A DNA stretch of 32,000 bases from Desulfobacterales bacterium (GCA_963675725.2 CAXXXZ010000003.1:487626-519625); one strand, 5' to 3'. Shown: positions 20,276 to 29,897, counted from the first letter of the stretch. Notes: a model not told the origin generated them from the sequence alone. Translations and numbers: made by a program.

Positions 20276-21709
20276 TTACAGATCAAAACCAAGCGCTTTA
20301 AAAATTGAGCAGGCGAGCTGTTTGGGGCCACATGATCGATCAAGGTAATACACGCCCATATTTTCAAAAAAAGTGCTTTGGGGCATCTCCTTGGTGGGAA
20401 GCATGTGAACTTTTGGAACATTTTTGAGGGCTCTATTCAATCTGATCAATCGACAAATGGTTGTGACATCCACCGTGCCCGTACTATCGTCCAACACAAT
20501 AACATCCGGATGTGACTTTCCGAGTTGATCAATGACCCCTTTTTCATCCCGGATCCAAGATAAATTAAACTCCAGCCATTCGAGCTGCTTGAAAAGGATT
20601 TTGTTTAGCCTTTTGCTCGGGTCCACAATGGCAACAGTCTTTCCGCTCCCCAAGCAGTGCTGCCAAAAAGAATTTTTAACTTCCTTTGCCAATCTTACCT
20701 TTTCAATCAATTCATTCAGCTTGCTGATGAGGTATTTTGGTTTGTAAGGCAAGTCAATAAAAACCATTACGCCTGTGCGTACTGTGGGCCTGCTGTTTTT
20801 TTGTCCCAACAAAATCAGCGGCAAGTTCTTTAAACGTGGATCCCTGGATAAGGATTTTAAGATTAACTTGGCACCCGAATAATTCATGTTAAGAATAATT
20901 GCTTCAGGAGGATGTTGTTTTAACTGTCTCAATGCGTCAAGGTGGCTGACGATTGAAAAATTATAGCAGGGAGATAGAAAAGCAAAAGAGCTTTCAGCGT
21001 TTGTTTCCACAACACAAACTTTGGACGCTATCAATTCATCATTTTTTCGTCCTTCATGAATGCGTTCCTTCTGGCTGCTCATGGTATAGGACAATACTTT
21101 TTTTTCTTCGTTCGGCGTCATCACATGAAAGGAAAAGCCGATACGCGAAACTCCCAAAAAAGAAAATATTCCACGGACAACAACGGACGCATCTATTTTA
21201 TCCAATTGGGGTATTTCGATGACCGAATCAAATTTATCTCCAATATTAAAATCAACATGTTTGTGTGGTATGAGAATCGAGACGCCCCCACAACTAATAT
21301 CAAAAACAGGCAATCGAATCATCATCTTATTTGGAAGTGGGAGCCGAAGAAACACCGGTGCCGCTTTTGGCGGCTGAATACGAAAAGCGCTTCGCCTTTC
21401 AAATTGGTGAATAATATAAGGTATTTCCAAAGATAGGCACTTATTATCATGTTCAAAGCGCCGGGTTTGAAAAACGCATGGTTTTCTTTTAAACGTATAT
21501 TGGCATTGCAGGATTGCTGATGAAATCAAGGTTTCGGGAAGGGGTGTGAAGGAGAGCATCGCGCTGCCATTCGGCTCAATAGATAAAAACCCTTTCTGTA
21601 GGTAAGCACCTTCTTTGGTATACAGCCGAACATTCTTTCTGGTTTCAGACAATCCTTGAAGATGTTGTTTTATCTCCTCCTGTTCCGTTATCTTAGCAAC
21701 AAGCTTCAT
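20276..21709 (-). CDS. PilZ domain protein with two receiver-like domains
   Basis: PilZ-like RRSAFRIQPP...DISCGGVSI...GFSFHVM; then KVCVVETN...PEAIILNMNY...VFIDLPYKPKYLI and KTVAIVDPSKRL...PDVIVLDDSTG.... Confidence 0.7.
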   Translation of the reverse strand: MKLVAKITEQEEIKQHLQGLSETRKNVRLYTKEGAYLQKGFLSIEPNGSAMLSFTPLPETLISSAILQCQYTFKRKPCVFQTRRFEHDNKCLSLEIPYIIHQFERRSAFRIQPPKAAPVFLRLPLPNKMMIRLPVFDISCGGVSILIPHKHVDFNIGDKFDSVIEIPQLDKIDASVVVRGIFSFLGVSRIGFSFHVMTPNEEKKVLSYTMSSQKERIHEGRKNDELIASKVCVVETNAESSFAFLSPCYNFSIVSHLDALRQLKQHPPEAIILNMNYSGAKLILKSLSRDPRLKNLPLILLGQKNSRPTVRTGVMVFIDLPYKPKYLISKLNELIEKVRLAKEVKNSFWQHCLGSGKTVAIVDPSKRLNKILFKQLEWLEFNLSWIRDEKGVIDQLGKSHPDVIVLDDSTGTVDVTTICRLIRLNRALKNVPKVHMLPTKEMPQSTFFENMGVYYLDRSCGPKQLACSIFKALGFDL

Positions 21710-21779
21710 GAGAATGTTCCATGCATCCGGTTGACAAGCAATATAAATTTCAACAATCGATAGTGTGCAGAAGGAATAG

Positions 21780-22250
21780 TCAGCTGCTCTTAAAACTCAC
21801 CTGCATCGCAAATTCTCCTACCTCGGTTGTAAAGAAGATGTTGATGCAGGGAATGTTGGGTGGATGAAAAATGCGATGTCCGCGACCAAGAACAACACTT
21901 GGAATAGCACGGTCAATAATTGATTTGCCCCCCTTTGTCAACTCTGCGCTGGCGCTACCAGCTATAATGTTAACCATTTCTCCAACTGCATCGCATACAC
22001 TTTTATCAAACTGTGTAACTCTTTCTCCGATTAACCGGGATAAGATTTCGATCGCTATTTCTTTAGTAAAACTGAGTACGATGGTTCCTTGAGCTGATCC
22101 TGTGAGCCCTATGGAAGCGGAAACATCAAATGATGCTCTCAACTGATGTTCAGCAACCAATTCGGATTTTTTAAATTTTTTGATCCCAGCCATGACTCCC
22201 ATCATTTGCTGGGTTGCATTTATGAACGGATTAATGAAATCAACACGCAT
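21780..22250 (-). CDS. cheX: CheX-like chemotaxis phosphatase domain protein
   Basis: FINPFINATQQMMGVMAGI, GLTGSAQGTIVLSF, VCDAVGEMVNIIAGSASAEL, GRGHRIFHPPNIPCINIFFTTEVGEFAMQVSF. Confidence 0.85.
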   Translation of the reverse strand: MRVDFINPFINATQQMMGVMAGIKKFKKSELVAEHQLRASFDVSASIGLTGSAQGTIVLSFTKEIAIEILSRLIGERVTQFDKSVCDAVGEMVNIIAGSASAELTKGGKSIIDRAIPSVVLGRGHRIFHPPNIPCINIFFTTEVGEFAMQVSFKSS

Positions 22251-22365
22251 GTAAAAATCCTATGAGTGAATTGCTGGGGGGGGTGGGAATAAACGGCAAG
22301 TAGAGTATTATATACATCTAATGCCTGTCAATATTATTTATAAAACTGTACCCTATTGTCCCCAC

Positions 22366-22653
22366 ATTAGAGTCGACACCAGGGTGCTGTTGGTGAAACG
22401 AACCAACATCCCCCTTGATATCAAGGTATTGGTGTGGACTCCTCCGGGTCGAAAGGTCAGCTGACAAAACCGTGACGGCCATAGTGGAAGTGACCCTCAA
22501 GCACCGCGAAAAATCGGGCAGAAACGTCACCTTCGCCGGGGTCAAGCAAAAGGAAACTACAGCGGTCCCGGTTCGGGAGCCCTGAATGCAGGGAAAAAAG
22601 CCAAGAGCCTTTACGATAAACTCAAAGACCCCCGGATCAATCTGGGCAGCTGA
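22366..22653 (+). pseudogene. Possible decayed small gene, readable only with compensating frameshifts
   Basis: Three consecutive + frame segments give protein-like text: VDTRVLLVKRTNIPLDIKVLVWTPPGRK / SADKTVTAIVEVTLKHREKSGRNVTFAGVKQK / GNYSGPGSGALNAGKKAKSLYDKLKDPRINLGS*. Family not recognised. Confidence 0.25.
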
Positions 22654-22708
22654 CCTGTTCCAACAAATAAGCATCCTTCTGACATACGTCCGTATATGCT
22701 TTTTCATC

Positions 22709-23143
22709 CTATTCTTTATTCAAAACAAAAAGCCTTGTAGATCCCTTTGCCACAATTTGTTCTTTTTCGTTTAATATCTTTCCTGACATATATACCAAGC
22801 TGCTACCTTTATTAACTATTTCTGCGATAACGCTTACCTTTTCATCAACGTATGCTCTACCGATAAAGTCTATATTCATACCGGTTGTAATCGCTGGGAC
22901 TTTTCCCCACGGGAGGTTAGCCAATATCCCAAGAACATCACATAACATTGCTGCTCTAACACCGCCATGAAGAATACCAAGCGGGTCTGTCATTTCCGGT
23001 CTTACCACAAATTCACATTCCATTCTGTTTTCATCAATGAAAATCAATTTGGGATTAAGCCAGTCTGTCACCGGGTTCATGATCTTGTTTTTAATTGACG
23101 ATAGATATTTTCCTTCAAACGCTTTTAGTTCAGATATTTCCAT
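22709..23143 (-). CDS. PaaI-family (hotdog) thioesterase
   Basis: MEFVVRPEMTDPLGILHGGVRAAMLCDVLGILA (given as MECEFVVRPEMTDPLGILHGG in the track), IDFIGRAYVDEKVSVIAEIVNKGSSLVYMSGKI. Confidence 0.85.
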   Translation of the reverse strand: MEISELKAFEGKYLSSIKNKIMNPVTDWLNPKLIFIDENRMECEFVVRPEMTDPLGILHGGVRAAMLCDVLGILANLPWGKVPAITTGMNIDFIGRAYVDEKVSVIAEIVNKGSSLVYMSGKILNEKEQIVAKGSTRLFVLNKE

Positions 23144-23251
23144 AGTGATTACTACTGCCTTTACATAACAATTATGATTAAACGATAACCCCTCAGGGCT
23201 CTTGAGATAGCTTCTATTTAACCGCCATTTAATTCTCGTTTCAACACCGAA

Positions 23252-24766
23252 TCACGGATCGATCCCAAGGCCCGATTCCCTGCAGAATGCCAGCCGGGAA
23301 TCAGGCGCCGGAGCATCGATCCGTTTTAAAATTTGCCCAAACGCCGACCGAAGGGCCTCTTCCGGAACCGGGTGGTAAAACGGCATGGACAGGGCCTGAT
23401 CCGCGGTCAGGCCGGCCCCGATAGCCCATGACAGAAGATGGGCCATGTGCTCTCCGGCCGGTGCCATCAGTTCCGCCCCCAAGAGTCTGCCGTCCTTTTT
23501 ATCACCGTAGATCCGTGCAATTCCTGCCGCCTTCCCCAGGATCATCCTGGACCGGCCCAGATTTTCCCATGAAGCCTTTCCCGTCACAAAGGCAATCCCC
23601 CGGTCTGTCAGCTCTTTATGGGAATACCCGGCAATGGCAATATCTGGAGATGAAAAGGTGATGGCCAGCGGTGTTCGCTTTCGAAAGCAGGAAACGGTTT
23701 CAGCCGTGGCATTGTACCCTGCGATGATTCCGTCATCTGCTGCTTCGTGAAGAAGGGGTTTTACGCCGTTTACATCTCCCGCCAGAAATACCGGCAGATC
23801 CTTGATCTGAAGGGTACCGGGATCAAAAGGCGGCATGCCCCTGTCATCCAGTTCAACCCCAAGATTTTCCAGGCAAAGGCCGCTTATCAAGGGACGGCGT
23901 CCTGTCGCAAGCAGTATTCGGTCAACAAGCCATTCTCGGTTTTCGCACCCGACCATCACCCCGTTTTCCGACCGGCCGCGGATGTCGGCCGCGCCCAATT
24001 GGATGTTCATCTCCTTTGCAAAATATTCAAACGCATAATCCTGAAGATCAGGATCGGTCAGGCCGCCGGCAGTTTTACGGCGACTGAACGCAATGATGTC
24101 AACCCCTAAACGATGCAGCGCCTGACCCAGCTCAATGCCGATGGGCCCCAGGCCAAACACGGCCAGTTTCCCGGGAAGTTCATCCAGTTCAAAAAACTGA
24201 TCCGAATCAATAATGAAATCCTTGTAGGGCTGCCATTTTTCGGGGATAACCGGCCTTGAGCCTGTGGCAATGATAATGCTTTTGGCCCGAATTTTTTCGT
24301 CTCCCAGGTCCAGGGTTTGGGGATCGATGAATCTGGCCCGCTTTCGAATCAGTTTGTCCATGAAGGGTGACATTTCCTGGATAACACCATCGGCATACGA
24401 ATCCCTGAGCTTCCGTACCCGGGCCATAATGCGGGAGTAGTCCGGCTGCAGCCCCTCCGCCCCGGAAATACCGTATTCGTCAAAAAAGATGCGTTTGTGA
24501 AAATCATTTGCCACGGCAATCAGGTCCTTGGACGGCATGCATCCCACCCGGGCGCAGGTGGTCCCTAAAGGGCCGTCGTCAATTATCACATAGTTGTCGG
24601 TTTTGTGAACAATCTGTTCCTGGGCGGTTAAACCGGCAGTGCCGGCGCCGATAATGGCCACATCAACTTCTCGGGTCATGGAACTCTCCTCTGCAGGTTT
24701 TTCGATGGCTTCTATATTGAATGGATAAGAAAAAAAATTCAACGGATTGATCCAATTATTTTTCAA
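23252..24766 (-). CDS. Dihydrolipoyl dehydrogenase-family FAD/NAD-dependent disulfide oxidoreductase
   Basis: VAIIGAGTAGLTAQEQI, GPLGTTCARVGCMPSKDLI (redox Cys pair CARVGC), LAVFGLGPIGIELGQALHRLG, VFLAGDVNGVKPLLHEAADDG, MPFYHPVPEEAL. Confidence 0.92.
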   Translation of the reverse strand: MKNNWINPLNFFSYPFNIEAIEKPAEESSMTREVDVAIIGAGTAGLTAQEQIVHKTDNYVIIDDGPLGTTCARVGCMPSKDLIAVANDFHKRIFFDEYGISGAEGLQPDYSRIMARVRKLRDSYADGVIQEMSPFMDKLIRKRARFIDPQTLDLGDEKIRAKSIIIATGSRPVIPEKWQPYKDFIIDSDQFFELDELPGKLAVFGLGPIGIELGQALHRLGVDIIAFSRRKTAGGLTDPDLQDYAFEYFAKEMNIQLGAADIRGRSENGVMVGCENREWLVDRILLATGRRPLISGLCLENLGVELDDRGMPPFDPGTLQIKDLPVFLAGDVNGVKPLLHEAADDGIIAGYNATAETVSCFRKRTPLAITFSSPDIAIAGYSHKELTDRGIAFVTGKASWENLGRSRMILGKAAGIARIYGDKKDGRLLGAELMAPAGEHMAHLLSWAIGAGLTADQALSMPFYHPVPEEALRSAFGQILKRIDAPAPDSRLAFCRESGLGIDP

Positions 24767-25103
24767 TAGATATTAGCTATAGAGCTGTTTTGCATAATAG
24801 ATATAAAGTATTAGACATGCCATCAATTATCTGAAATGTATCGCTTTATTAGGCAAATAGCTGTTTTCGAGAATCAATCAAATCATCCAGAGGACATTGT
24901 AATGAGGGAAAAGATCTGTTTCGCAATTTTGATAGCACTATCTGTTTTTGTCGTAATCGGTTGTAGTGATTCCAGTCATTCCGGAACAAGCATGAAAACG
25001 CTGTTGACCTATATTGAAAATGGCGAAACAGCGGAAGTGCGGTGGTCCCCAAAAACTGGACAATGTGTTAAGCTCTGAGTCACTCACTTGAAAGGAGTAG
25101 ACC

Positions 25104-25385
25104 ATGAGCAAGAAACGGAAACAGTACAGCCCGGAATTTAAAGCCAAAGTGGCCCTTGCGGCCATCAAGAACGAGGAGACCACCGCGGAACTTGCGGCCA
25201 GATTTGAAGTTCACCCCACCATGATCAATAACTGGAAAAAGGCGCTTCTCGAAGGCGCTGCCGATTTGTTCGATAAAGGACAAAAAATCAAGAAGAACCA
25301 TGAATCCACTGTCGATGAGCTGTACAAAAAAATCGGACAACTGAAGGTGGAAAACGATTTTTTGTCCAAAGGGCTCGGTCTTTAG
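25104..25385 (+). CDS. IS3-family transposase OrfA (helix-turn-helix)
   Basis: [53 protein letters not shown]...ENDFLSK. Confidence 0.92.
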   Translation: MSKKRKQYSPEFKAKVALAAIKNEETTAELAARFEVHPTMINNWKKALLEGAADLFDKGQKIKKNHESTVDELYKKIGQLKVENDFLSKGLGL

Positions 25386-25405
25386 ATCCGAAACTGCGAA
25401 AAAAG

Positions 25406-26230
25406 ATGATTGATTCCAAGCAGCCAGGACTGAGCCTTAACCGTCAATGCAGCCTTCTGAATGTCAACAGATCATCGGTCTATTACAAGCCGCGGCCGAT
25501 ATCGTCGGACGACCTTGAGTTGATGAAATTGATCGATGACGAATATATGAAACGTCCGACAAGTGGTAGTCGGACTATTCGCGATTTCCTTGAAAGAAAA
25601 GGCCAAAGAGTGAATCGGAAACGGATTCAGCGTCTCATGCGACTGATGGGTCTTGAGGCAATTTATCCGAGACCAAAAACCAGCAGGCCGCATCCGGAAC
25701 ACCGTATTTACCCCTATCTGTTGAGGGGGCTTGATATCAATCGACCGAATATGGTCTGGTGCAGCGATATCACCTTCGTCCCCATGAGACGGGGGTTTAT
25801 GTATCTGGTGGCGGTGATGGATTGGCACAGCAGGAAAGCGCTGTCCTGGCGCCTCTCAAACACACTTGATTCTGATTTCTGCGTTGAAGCCATAGAGGAG
25901 GCGATCGAACGATACGGCCGCCCTGAGATATTCAATACTGATCAGGGCTGCCAGTTCACAAGCAAAGCTTTCACCAATGTATTGAAAACCAACGGCATCA
26001 AAATCAGCATGGATGGCCGGGGACGTTGTCTGGACAACATCTTTATCGAACGTCTCTGGTGGACCGTAAAATATCACTATCTCCACCTGCACTCATTTGA
26101 AAATGGCCTTGAAATGAGAAAAGGCTTGAGAAAGTGGTTCGAGTTTTATAATCGGGAACGCGGGCATCAATCGCTGAACAGACAGACTCCCGATGAATGC
26201 TATTTCAAAGAGCAAAGAATGGCAGCCTGA
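25406..26230 (+). CDS. IS3-family transposase OrfB (DDE integrase, rve domain); probably expressed as an OrfAB fusion by -1 frameshift
   Basis: LNVNRSSVYYKPR, RPNMVWCSDITFVPMRRGFMYLVAVMDWHSRKALSWRLS, IFNTDQGCQFTS, SMDGRGRCLDNIFIERLWWTVKYHYLHLHSFENG. The open -1 frame continues upstream to the T6 tract. Confidence 0.93.
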   Translation: MIDSKQPGLSLNRQCSLLNVNRSSVYYKPRPISSDDLELMKLIDDEYMKRPTSGSRTIRDFLERKGQRVNRKRIQRLMRLMGLEAIYPRPKTSRPHPEHRIYPYLLRGLDINRPNMVWCSDITFVPMRRGFMYLVAVMDWHSRKALSWRLSNTLDSDFCVEAIEEAIERYGRPEIFNTDQGCQFTSKAFTNVLKTNGIKISMDGRGRCLDNIFIERLWWTVKYHYLHLHSFENGLEMRKGLRKWFEFYNRERGHQSLNRQTPDECYFKEQRMAA

Positions 26231-29094
26231 TGGTCAGGCGCCACCCGGGCCAACTCCAGTCGCCCTACGGGCTCCTTCCGTTGTCCCGGGTGAAAAACAT
26301 AACAGCAGTAAAAACACAACCGACTTAGAGCTTAACTACACTGAAAAGTTGTCTGAACCAGGGGGGCCACCGCAAAGGCACTACCAATCGCGTTTTGATA
26401 ATAGATACCCGGGACAGCGCCGAATACATCGAAGGGCACATTATAGATGCCATAAACATTCCTTTTGCGCTCATTGCTGAAAGCGGGGAGCCGTTATACA
26501 CAAATGGATATGATGAGGTCAGTACGACAGCTTCAACCCAGCTCGCCGACAGCTGGTTTGCCCATATATTGATCAATCAATTGACGAACGATTTTACCTC
26601 GACCTACGAAGATTCCAAAATCATTTTTTACGGTGCCAGCGCAAGTGAAGCGAGGAATGTTGCAAAAGAAATTGGCTATTCGGATGTATCCAAATTAAAC
26701 GCTGATTATGACGACTGGAACGCCAATTATTCAAATTTTACTGAAACATGTGCGCCAGGTGTGATAGCAATAGACCAGGAAAGCAATACATTTACGTTTT
26801 CAGCCGTCATCAACGCTGACAATTATGAAAATGTCTCTCAAAAAGGCACCCATCATGCCATCGTTTACAAAGGTGGCGGTTTGGCATTCTATAGTCTATT
26901 ACAGGCAAATATACCGCCTTTCTGTTTTCAGGAGCTTATGACTTATCTGGGTGCTATCCCCGATGGAAACATGGCAGATGGCATCTACTACGGTGATGCT
27001 GATGAATACGGCAGTAAGCACACCGATGGACAACGAATTGATTTTGCCGTCACATGGGAAGGTGCTGGCCGTTATTACAGCATTGAAGATTTGTTTGATG
27101 AAATGCCATCGGCCTATGATTCAGATCCAGAGGCATTTATACCCCTTGGCATGGAGGCGAGAATTGGTGGAACACGGGATTCCAATATGAACTGGAATCC
27201 CGGCTGTATTTTATGTTTATATTCTTGCGTCTGCGGAATAACGAGCAACTCCAAAGCAAATGACGACACTTGGTTTGAAGATGGCGGGATCTATGACCCT
27301 TATGGTCTGCCAGATGACCCGCGGAATTACTATGCCGGGCGCTTTTATCCCAAATCCGGTCTTTTGCCTGGCCCGGGCGAAGAGGTCACTATTAAGGTTA
27401 CAATTGTGGACGATGATGTGGCGGCCACATCAGAAGCAACCCTTCTTACCTACCTCCAAAATGGAGATACTTCGGAAAATTCACAGGATCGTATCTTGGT
27501 TGTGGATACCCGTAGCAGTGAAAAATATATCAAAGGGCATATTAAAGATGCACTGAATGTGCCCTATCATATGGCGCAAAGCGGTGGCCTTCCGCTATAC
27601 ACCAACGGTTGGGATGAAGTCTCCACAACAGCATCCGACCAAATATCCGATTCCTGGCTGGCCCATCTGCTCGTCAACCAACTCGTCAACGATTTTTCAT
27701 CCACTTATCAGGAATCACACATCATATTTTACGGCGATAATAGTTACACGATGGCCAAAGTTGCTGAACAAATAGGCTACACTGATGTTTCTGTCCTCAA
27801 CGATGTATATGAACAATGGGTGACCAGCAATCCAGACGAGATCGAAATGTATGCACCAGGCGTTATTGAAGTAAATGAAACGGAAGGAAGTTTTACATTC
27901 ACGGGTTTCATCAACAGCAGCAATTATGAAAACGTCTCCACCCGACCCACCCACCATGGGATCACGTATAAAGGTGGGGCGCTCAGCTTTTACAGTTATT
28001 TTGTCGCCAACACCCCCCCCCCTTTGTTTTCATGAACTTTTGGTCTACTTAGGTGTTAGCCCGGAAGGAAATATGGCAGATGGTATATATTATTGCACCA
28101 CTGAAGAATATGCCGGCAAGTACCCGAACGGCGCCAGAATCGATTACGCTGTAACCTGGTCGGGTGCGGGCCAGTATTATTCCATAACTGAGCTATTTGA
28201 AGAAAAACCATCGGAGTATCATCCCGCCCCTGATTCTTTTACACTACTTGGTATCGAACCGCGAATGGGCGGGACTCGGGACTCCAACCTGCTATGGAAT
28301 CCGGGATGCATATTCTGCATGTATGCCTGTGTATGTGGAATTTCAAGCAATGCAAAAGCAAATGAAGATACATGGTTTGCCGACAGTGGAATTTACGATA
28401 CCTTCGGCCAGCCGGACAATCCGCGAAACTATTATGCCGGGCGGTATTTTCCAAGATACGACCTGATGCCAGGGCCAGGAGAACCGGTTCAGTTCAAGGT
28501 AACAATTACCGAATAAAACCATATTTGCCCCCAATATTTCCACGCGTTATTTTTTTTGTTGAAATCAGTTTTGATTCTTAGCGTGCTGTTTTTAGGGTCA
28601 AAAACATTCGCCTAAAATGTATTTCGTTGTGTTTCTCGATGTATTAGTCTGTATTTTAAATCACTTATCTTGGCCCGACGGATCAAGTAAATTAATCTAA
28701 TTCCCTGTCGCTCCCCGCATATGAGAAGCGGCTTGGACCCGGTTCGGATTAATACATCCATGCCCCCTAATACCCCATGGAAACTTTTTTTTAAACGCCC
28801 CCTCCACCGGGTAGCAAACATTCTATTTCCCAAATCTGTCCATTTCGGCAATATCATCCAAATCCGTATACTTGACATAATGGCGATTATCAGTCATGAA
28901 AATCCTATGAGATTCACACTGGCAAGATGCACAGCCTTAAATTTGCCTGCTTTTCACGAACGAAAGCAATTTCTTATCCATTATCCATTTGCAACGCGTA
29001 GTGTCGAATGAAGTAGATCAACAGAGTGATGAGGCGGCTGACATGATTAGCGTCAGCAAACATTAATTTGTCATTTTGAAGGAGGATGCAGAGT

Positions 29095-29856
29095 ATGGGC
29101 TTAAAAAACAAGACTGTATTGGTTACCGGAGCAGCCGGCGATATCGGTCGCGCAATCACCAGGCGTTTCGTCAAAGAGGGAGCCAGGGTCATGCAGGCAG
29201 ACCTGAGCGAAGGTCCGATGCAACAAACCGTGCAGGAGCTTGGCGAGGAGTTCTGTGATTATTGTATCCTAGATGTTACCAACGAAGAGCAGACCATTGC
29301 CGCGGTGTCTAAAACGGTCGAGCGCTTTGGAAGCCTGGATGTTTTTATTGCCAACGCGGGCATTGAAGGTCAAATTGGCGATATTGTAGACGGCGACGTC
29401 GCTAATCTGATGCAGGTGCTGGAAGTCAATGTCAAAGGGCCCTGGCTGGGCATGAAACACGCGATCGCCGCGATGCGGGATCAGGGTGGTGGCAGCATTA
29501 TCATTACCTCATCCGGTGCCGGTGTGAAAGGGTCTCCGGGGACGGCGCCCTATAACGCCAGCAAGCACGCTGTGATCGGCTTAATGCGCTGCGCCGCCCT
29601 GGAGTGTGCGCCACATAATATTCGCGTCAACACGGTAAACCCGGGTCCGCTGGAAGGGAGAATGATGGCATCCATCGCTGATGGTTATGGTCCCGAAGTC
29701 TCCGCGCAGTTTTCCGAATTGGTCAGACAGCAAACACCGTTGGGTCGCTTCGGCAAAGCCGATGAAGTGGCATCCTTGATGGTCTTCCTGGCTTCGGATG
29801 ATGCCAGCTACTGCACCGGTGGTGTCTACATGGTCGATGGTGGCAATTCCACCTGA
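29095..29856 (+). CDS. SDR family NAD(P)-dependent oxidoreductase
   Basis: KTVLVTGAAGDIGRAITRRF (TGxxxGxG-like), IANAGIEG, IITSSGAGVKGSPGTAPYNASKHAVIGLMR (YxxxK). An AGGAGG-like RBS precedes the ATG at 29095; the track starts at 29086. Confidence 0.92.
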   Translation: MGLKNKTVLVTGAAGDIGRAITRRFVKEGARVMQADLSEGPMQQTVQELGEEFCDYCILDVTNEEQTIAAVSKTVERFGSLDVFIANAGIEGQIGDIVDGDVANLMQVLEVNVKGPWLGMKHAIAAMRDQGGGSIIITSSGAGVKGSPGTAPYNASKHAVIGLMRCAALECAPHNIRVNTVNPGPLEGRMMASIADGYGPEVSAQFSELVRQQTPLGRFGKADEVASLMVFLASDDASYCTGGVYMVDGGNST

Positions 29857-29897
29857 TTTCGAAAAAAAATGCACTGAAATTTTATCATATATTTCGG

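Larger units (their letters stand above)
25038..26374 (+). mobile_element. IS3-family insertion sequence, 1337 bp, with 3-bp (AAG) target site duplication
   Basis: Left end TGCGGTGGTCCCC... and reverse complement of right end TGCGGTGGCCCCC... form imperfect IRs (TG...CA termini). AAG flanks both ends (25035..25037 and 26375..26377). The element encodes orfA/orfB. Confidence 0.9.
24902..28516 (+). pseudogene. Predicted lipoprotein of two tandem (rhodanese-like + Cys-rich YdjY-like) modules; interrupted by an IS3-family element and by a 1-nt offset at a C10 tract
   Basis: MREKICFAILIALSVFVVIGC has a lipobox (VIGC). Removing 25038..26374 plus one AAG copy gives ...LLTYIENGETAE-GTTNRVLIIDTRDSAEYIEGHIIDAINIPFAL, parallel to the second module LLTYLQNGDTSENSQDRILVVDTRSSEKYIKGHIKDALNVPYHM. 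The frame changes at 28013..28022 (C10). Reconstructed length is about 757 aa. Confidence 0.85.

Noticed and set aside
22276-22283. G8 tract upstream of cheX
   Set aside because: Intergenic and short; no promoter spacing or reading frame depends on it in an evident way.
22318-22707. 129-aa minus-strand ORF
   Set aside because: The opposite strand carries more protein-like text (possible pseudogene), and this frame lacks a recognised domain.
24836-25078. 80-aa ORF as a stand-alone small lipoprotein
   Set aside because: Its 3' end is IS-derived sequence. It is the 5' part of the interrupted tandem-module gene starting at 24902.
28612-29011. Minus ORF 28612..28878 and plus ORF 28721..29011 in the gap after the lipoprotein gene
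   Set aside because: Neither has a recognisable family, good RBS evidence or an internal repeat; the region is treated as non-coding or remnant.
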